The notes below the pieces were generated by a model. It made no database searches, was not told the DNA's origin, and saw only the letters and a list, made by a program, of their open reading frames with translations. A stretch of 64,000 bases of DNA from Sedimentisphaeraceae bacterium JB056 (lineage in GTDB: Bacteria; Planctomycetota; Phycisphaerae; Sedimentisphaerales; Sedimentisphaeraceae). Positions 60,070 to 64,000 of the stretch are shown here, in pieces. The stretch's first letter is position 1. Each line of letters opens with the position of its first letter. The stretch covers positions 96,001-160,000 of the forward strand of contig JBITAJ010000029.1 in NCBI GenBank assembly GCA_044440125.1, read 5' to 3'. Both the position numbers and the translations under genes were made by a program.

Positions 60070-60915
60070 ATGCTAAGAGAGTACAAAGAATACATAATAA
60101 GTGGAAATAAAGTTGGCAGTAATAAGGCAGCTTCTTATATTAAGGCTTTGGAATATATTGGTCCTATACTCAAGCAGAGTAATAGTGTTTACTCAAAATT
60201 TGATAGCATCTGGGAAGTTGTTGATGTTGAATTTGTCTCTGACTTGTATAAATATATTCTTGAGCAGCAAAAACTTGGTCATAGCGGTATCTTTCAAAAT
60301 GGGTTTCCTAAAAGTTATTGGAAAGGCGGATTCTATTCTGCAGCCATAAAAAGCTATCTGGAGTTTTTGATTATAATGCAGTATGAATCAGAATTATGGC
60401 CTTTTGTTGATCAGATCAAGGATGCCAAGAAATTAGGTAGTGTACTCAATCAGAAAGAGATTAAACATATTGAGAAATTAGCTGATGAAACGACCGAATT
60501 CTCCGGTTTAGAAGGTAAGAGTTGTTTGGCGTTGGTAAAGAAGAGAATTAATCAAGATTTTTTCCGAAAGATGGTACTTAAGAATTTTTCATCACGATGT
60601 TGTATTACAGGGTTAAATATCCCAGAAGTTTTGAGAGCAAGCCATATAATACCTTGGTCTAAAGATAAGGAGAACCGGTTAAATCCTGAGAACGGACTGT
60701 GTTTATCCGCTACATATGATGCCGCTTTCGATAGATACTTGATTTCATTTGACGACAAATATCGATTAGTTCTTGGTAAGACAATAAAAGACAATGCTAC
60801 ATATGATGCCGTCAAAGAGCATTTTATCGCATTTGAAGGTAAGGAAATGTTAGTGCCGCGTTTCTTTATGCCGGCTAAAGACTTTTTGCAAAAACATTTG
60901 GACTCAATATGTTAG
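60070..60915 (+). CDS. HNH endonuclease (putative restriction endonuclease, HNH_2-like)
   Basis: RINQDFFRKMVL..CCITG..LRASHIIPW..NPENGLCL..DAAFDRYLISF; AT-rich. Confidence 0.85.
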   Translation: MLREYKEYIISGNKVGSNKAASYIKALEYIGPILKQSNSVYSKFDSIWEVVDVEFVSDLYKYILEQQKLGHSGIFQNGFPKSYWKGGFYSAAIKSYLEFLIIMQYESELWPFVDQIKDAKKLGSVLNQKEIKHIEKLADETTEFSGLEGKSCLALVKKRINQDFFRKMVLKNFSSRCCITGLNIPEVLRASHIIPWSKDKENRLNPENGLCLSATYDAAFDRYLISFDDKYRLVLGKTIKDNATYDAVKEHFIAFEGKEMLVPRFFMPAKDFLQKHLDSIC

Positions 60916-61071
60916 AGTTCGTTTTAGGTTAGGACAAGATGTATTATCAAAATAGAGCAGTGTTGTCTTTTTGATTTCTTATTTGTGTTGGCAATTAATA
61001 GGAAAGGCCAATAGCCTTAGGGCGAAAAAGGGGATATGCAGCATCTTTATTTGACAGAGAGGATAAATAAT

Positions 61072-61440
61072 ATGGGTGATATGCAAAAAAATTATACAAA
61101 TGATTTCTTGTTATACACGAGTGCTGACGGCAAGATATATGTCAGATGCAGGCTTGAAGATGAGACGATATGGCTCACTCAGGATTTGATTGCAGAGCTA
61201 TTTGGTGTGCAACGTCCCGCAATCACCAAACATCTGAAAAACATCTTTGAAAGTGGTGAATTGGATGAAAAAGTGGTATGTTCCAAAAAGGAATTAACCA
61301 CGGCTAATGGAATAATAGCAGGTGAATTGCCGGAATCGACAACTGTTTCCAAAAAGGAAACAGTTCAGCAAGAAGGAAACCGGCATGTTAAGCGAAAACG
61401 GAAATATTATAATTTAGATGCAATTATCTCTGTAGATTAG
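61072..61440 (+). pseudogene. Truncated RhuM-family DNA-binding protein (N-terminal part only)
   Basis: ETIWLTQDLIAELFGV..ITKHLKNIFESGEL..YYNLDAIISV, then a stop where GYRVNS is expected. Confidence 0.78.
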
Positions 61441-61460
61441 CTTCATCGCCTTGAACCCCC

Positions 61461-61511
61461 AAAATCAGCAAACCCAGTAATCCTGTCTAAAAAATCGTGT
61501 CAGTTTGTGTA
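61461..61511. repeat. Right arm of the imperfect inverted repeat
   Basis: Reverse complement tacacaaactgacacgattttttaGACAGGATtactgggtttgctgatttt. Confidence 0.55.
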
Positions 61512-61643
61512 GGTCAGTGAATGTCCGTGCAATACATTTCTAACCTTTCATACTCTTTAAGCATTCCAACCACCAACCGATAACTGATTTAATTCCTTTA
61601 CCGCCTTGAATCAAAAAAACTTCACGTTAAATGTCTTCTTTAA

Positions 61644-61667
61644 TGATAATTGATAACTGTTAACTGA
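61644..61667 (+). repeat. Heptamer tandem array GWTAAYT
   Basis: gataatt gataact gttaact. Confidence 0.7.
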
Positions 61668-62125
61668 ATTACGCCCTTCATGATAAAATATTATTCTCAA
61701 TTAACTTCGTGCATTTTCGTGTGATTCGTGGTTAAAAAAACCTTATTCAAAGCCTGTAAACCCATAAAACAGCAAGATACTGCCATGAATTTTCGGATTT
61801 TTTCAAATCACGTGAGACTTTTTCCTTTTTTACTCTGAAATTGACCAAAAATCGTTGAAAAGTGAGCAAAAAGCGCGCGTTTGGGCGCATTTGAGACCAC
61901 TTTTGCCTCAATTCAGGTCAAAAAAAGTTATACTATCCTGCTATTTGGGCGAAACTAAGTGTCCAAGTTGCTTGCATTTTCGCACAAAATCGCTCATCTA
62001 ACATAACTGCATCCGAAAAAAACAAAAAAATCTACGCTCCCCACTACCAACAGTACCGCACCCGCAAGGAAGCGGGCATACAACCACCATAACTTACTAT
62101 TTATCAACAACTTAATCTAATGACT

Positions 62126-62197
62126 GATCACTGTTAATTGTTAACTGGTCGCAATTCCTTATCATTGATAACTGTTAACTGCATAACTGATAATTGA
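62126..62197 (+). repeat. Two heptamer tandem arrays GWTAAYT
   Basis: gatcact gttaatt gttaact ... gataact gttaact gcataact gataatt. Confidence 0.7.
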
Positions 62198-62470
62198 ATG
62201 CTTGCCTATCTTAAAAGCACAAACGCGCAAGTTGTTTTAAGTGTGTAAGAGTCTCTGTTTAATAGGATATCAACTATGTAAGCGATATAGATTGCATGAT
62301 TCTAATTCACTTTGGTTTATTCTTTGAATATGCGGCTGTATTGTTTATAATTCTGTTGCTTAAATACTTTAAATAACTTGACGCTGCCTGATGAATACAG
62401 ACCTGGTTAAATCTGTATTTGTTTATATTTTCGGTGGTGTCTAATGTGACAAAATGGAAGGATTATATAT

Positions 62471-63820
62471 ATGTCTGAAAGGAAACTTTTTGGTACTGAC
62501 GGCATAAGATGCAAGGCTAACTGCTATCCGCTTGACCCTCAAACAGTGGTAAAAATCGGTCAGGCCGCCGCCGTAACCGTTGGTAAAGATAAAAAACGCC
62601 CTGTTTTCGTTGTCGGCCGCGACAGTCGAATCTCCGGTTCCATCATCGAGTCGGCGCTAGTGGCGGGTTTATGTTCGATGGGAGCCGATGTGAAGCTGCT
62701 TGGTGTTGTGCCGACGCCTGCTGTTGCCGTGATAGCGAAGGCTGAAGGTGCTGATGCTGGTGTTGTAATAACCGCTTCACACAACCCCGCGGAAGATAAC
62801 GGTATTAAATTTTTCTCCGGCAAAGGCGTTAAACTGCCTGACGAGAAAGAGTTAGAGATTGAACAGCTTATATTTGCTGACAATTTTGACAGCGGCTCGC
62901 TGGCTCCTGCTGAGCTTGGCAGGGTGCAGGATTGGAGCTTCAAGGGTTATGAGTATGTCGATTTTATCATAAACGCGATTGAAGGAGTGGATCTTTCCGG
63001 CTTAAATATCGTGCTGGATTGTGCAAACGGGGCGGCTTGCAATATTGCTCCGGTGGTCTTCGAGAAGCTTGGGGCAAATGTTACGGTTATACACGCAAGC
63101 CCTGATGGTGTGAATATCAACGAGAATTGCGGCGCGATGCATCCCGAAAGCCTCGCGGATGAAGTTGCAAGGCTCAAAGCTGATATCGGGCTTGCCTTTG
63201 ACGGCGATGCCGACAGGCTGATTGTTGTTGACGAGAACGGCAAGATTGTTGACGGCGATACCATTATGTATATCATCGCTCTGGCACATAAAAAAGCAGG
63301 TAAGCTGGATAATGACACGCTTGTTGTTACCGATTATTCGAATCTGGCGCTTGATGCCAAGCTCAAGGAGGATGGGATCAACACGGTGCGAGTGGAAAAT
63401 GGCGACAGGTATGTGATTCAGGAGATGCTCAAGAGCGGGTATGTTGTCGGCGGCGAGAAGAGCGGGCATATTATTCTCGGGCGATACAATACTACCGGTG
63501 ACGGTGTGCTCAGTGCGGTGTATCTGGCAAATGCGGTCAGGCAGAGCGGGCGAAAGATATCGCAGCTCTCAGAAGAGCTTGTGTTCTTTCCGCAGGTGCT
63601 TGAGGCTGTTGAGGTTGGGCAAAAGACGCCGTTCGATGAGATTCCGGGGTACTGCGATCTCAAGGCCGAGATAGAAGGGGAGCTTGGCGACCAAGGGCGG
63701 CTGTTCGTTCGCTATTCGGGTACGCAGAATGTGTGCAGGATAATGCTTGAGGGCAAGGATCAGAAGCAGATAACCGATTTCAAAGACCGCGTAGTCGAGG
63801 TTTTTGAGGCGAATGTTTGA
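62471..63820 (+). CDS. glmM: Phosphoglucosamine mutase
   Basis: KLFGTDGIR, ITASHNP, FDGDADR, GDRYV, GGEKSGH, VRYSGT. Confidence 0.93.
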   Translation: MSERKLFGTDGIRCKANCYPLDPQTVVKIGQAAAVTVGKDKKRPVFVVGRDSRISGSIIESALVAGLCSMGADVKLLGVVPTPAVAVIAKAEGADAGVVITASHNPAEDNGIKFFSGKGVKLPDEKELEIEQLIFADNFDSGSLAPAELGRVQDWSFKGYEYVDFIINAIEGVDLSGLNIVLDCANGAACNIAPVVFEKLGANVTVIHASPDGVNINENCGAMHPESLADEVARLKADIGLAFDGDADRLIVVDENGKIVDGDTIMYIIALAHKKAGKLDNDTLVVTDYSNLALDAKLKEDGINTVRVENGDRYVIQEMLKSGYVVGGEKSGHIILGRYNTTGDGVLSAVYLANAVRQSGRKISQLSEELVFFPQVLEAVEVGQKTPFDEIPGYCDLKAEIEGELGDQGRLFVRYSGTQNVCRIMLEGKDQKQITDFKDRVVEVFEANV

Positions 63821-63854
63821 TTGTATGTGTTGATTTTGTGGGAGTTTTAGAATC

Positions 63855-64000
63855 ATGAATCTGATATATGTAGCTAATGGTGATGTTGTTGAGGCGTATC
63901 CGCATACCGTTAACAAACCTCTTTCGCTTACGAAAATACTTGGCGGTACGGCTATTGAGCATAATCTGACGCAGGCGGCTGGGTTCTGCAAGCGGATAGT
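63855..64000 (+). CDS. N-terminus of a sugar-phosphate nucleotidyltransferase-like (GlmU-like) protein, truncated by the window end
   Basis: GGAG RBS at 63841; MNLIYVANGDVVEAYPHTVNKPLSLTKILGGTAIEHNL resembles the YPLT..KPKPL...ILEH N-terminus; follows glmM. Confidence 0.55.
   Translation, partial: MNLIYVANGDVVEAYPHTVNKPLSLTKILGGTAIEHNLTQAAGFCKRI

Noticed and set aside
61441..62470. CRISPR array
   Set aside because: Repeats are 6-9-nt tandem units with no regular spacers; no cas genes
63569..63991. Minus-strand ORFs at the window end
   Set aside because: They overlap glmM antisense; the plus-strand ORF from 63855 has an RBS and family-like sequence

Overview
Bacterial chromosomal window. 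It is most likely from a Planctomycetota (Phycisphaerae/Sedimentisphaerales-like) genome, inferred from the dockerin/GLUG surface protein, an H-X9-DG protein, the FlgI-HEAT/smc pair and the rpoA start MRITWRGLELP. It is mostly housekeeping: fabH'-fabD-fabG-acpP-fabF; alaS-[R-M cassette]-valS-coaE-rho-aspS; U32/RlhA, an archaeal-type topo VI A subunit, yjbQ, GH1 and GH3; SRP RNA; purN-trxA-ppiB; the S10-spc-alpha ribosomal cluster (no rpmD or rpsD); comF, an M16 pair, smc and glmM. The most notable features are: (1) ribosomal protein L22 carries an in-frame ~70-aa N-terminal XRE/Cro-like HTH domain, and the S10 promoter/leader is rich in palindromes; (2) two transposase-free cassettes are bounded by inverted repeats built from short tandem units (a four-helix-bundle gene between yjbQ and top6A; an HNH nuclease plus truncated rhuM); (3) a beta-class DNA methyltransferase fused to a degenerate SNase-like domain, paired with an MjaI-like endonuclease, sits between alaS and valS; (4) top6A has no adjacent top6B; (5) Rho has a ~220-aa low-complexity N-terminal extension. 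All family calls come from motif recognition by eye, not database searches.
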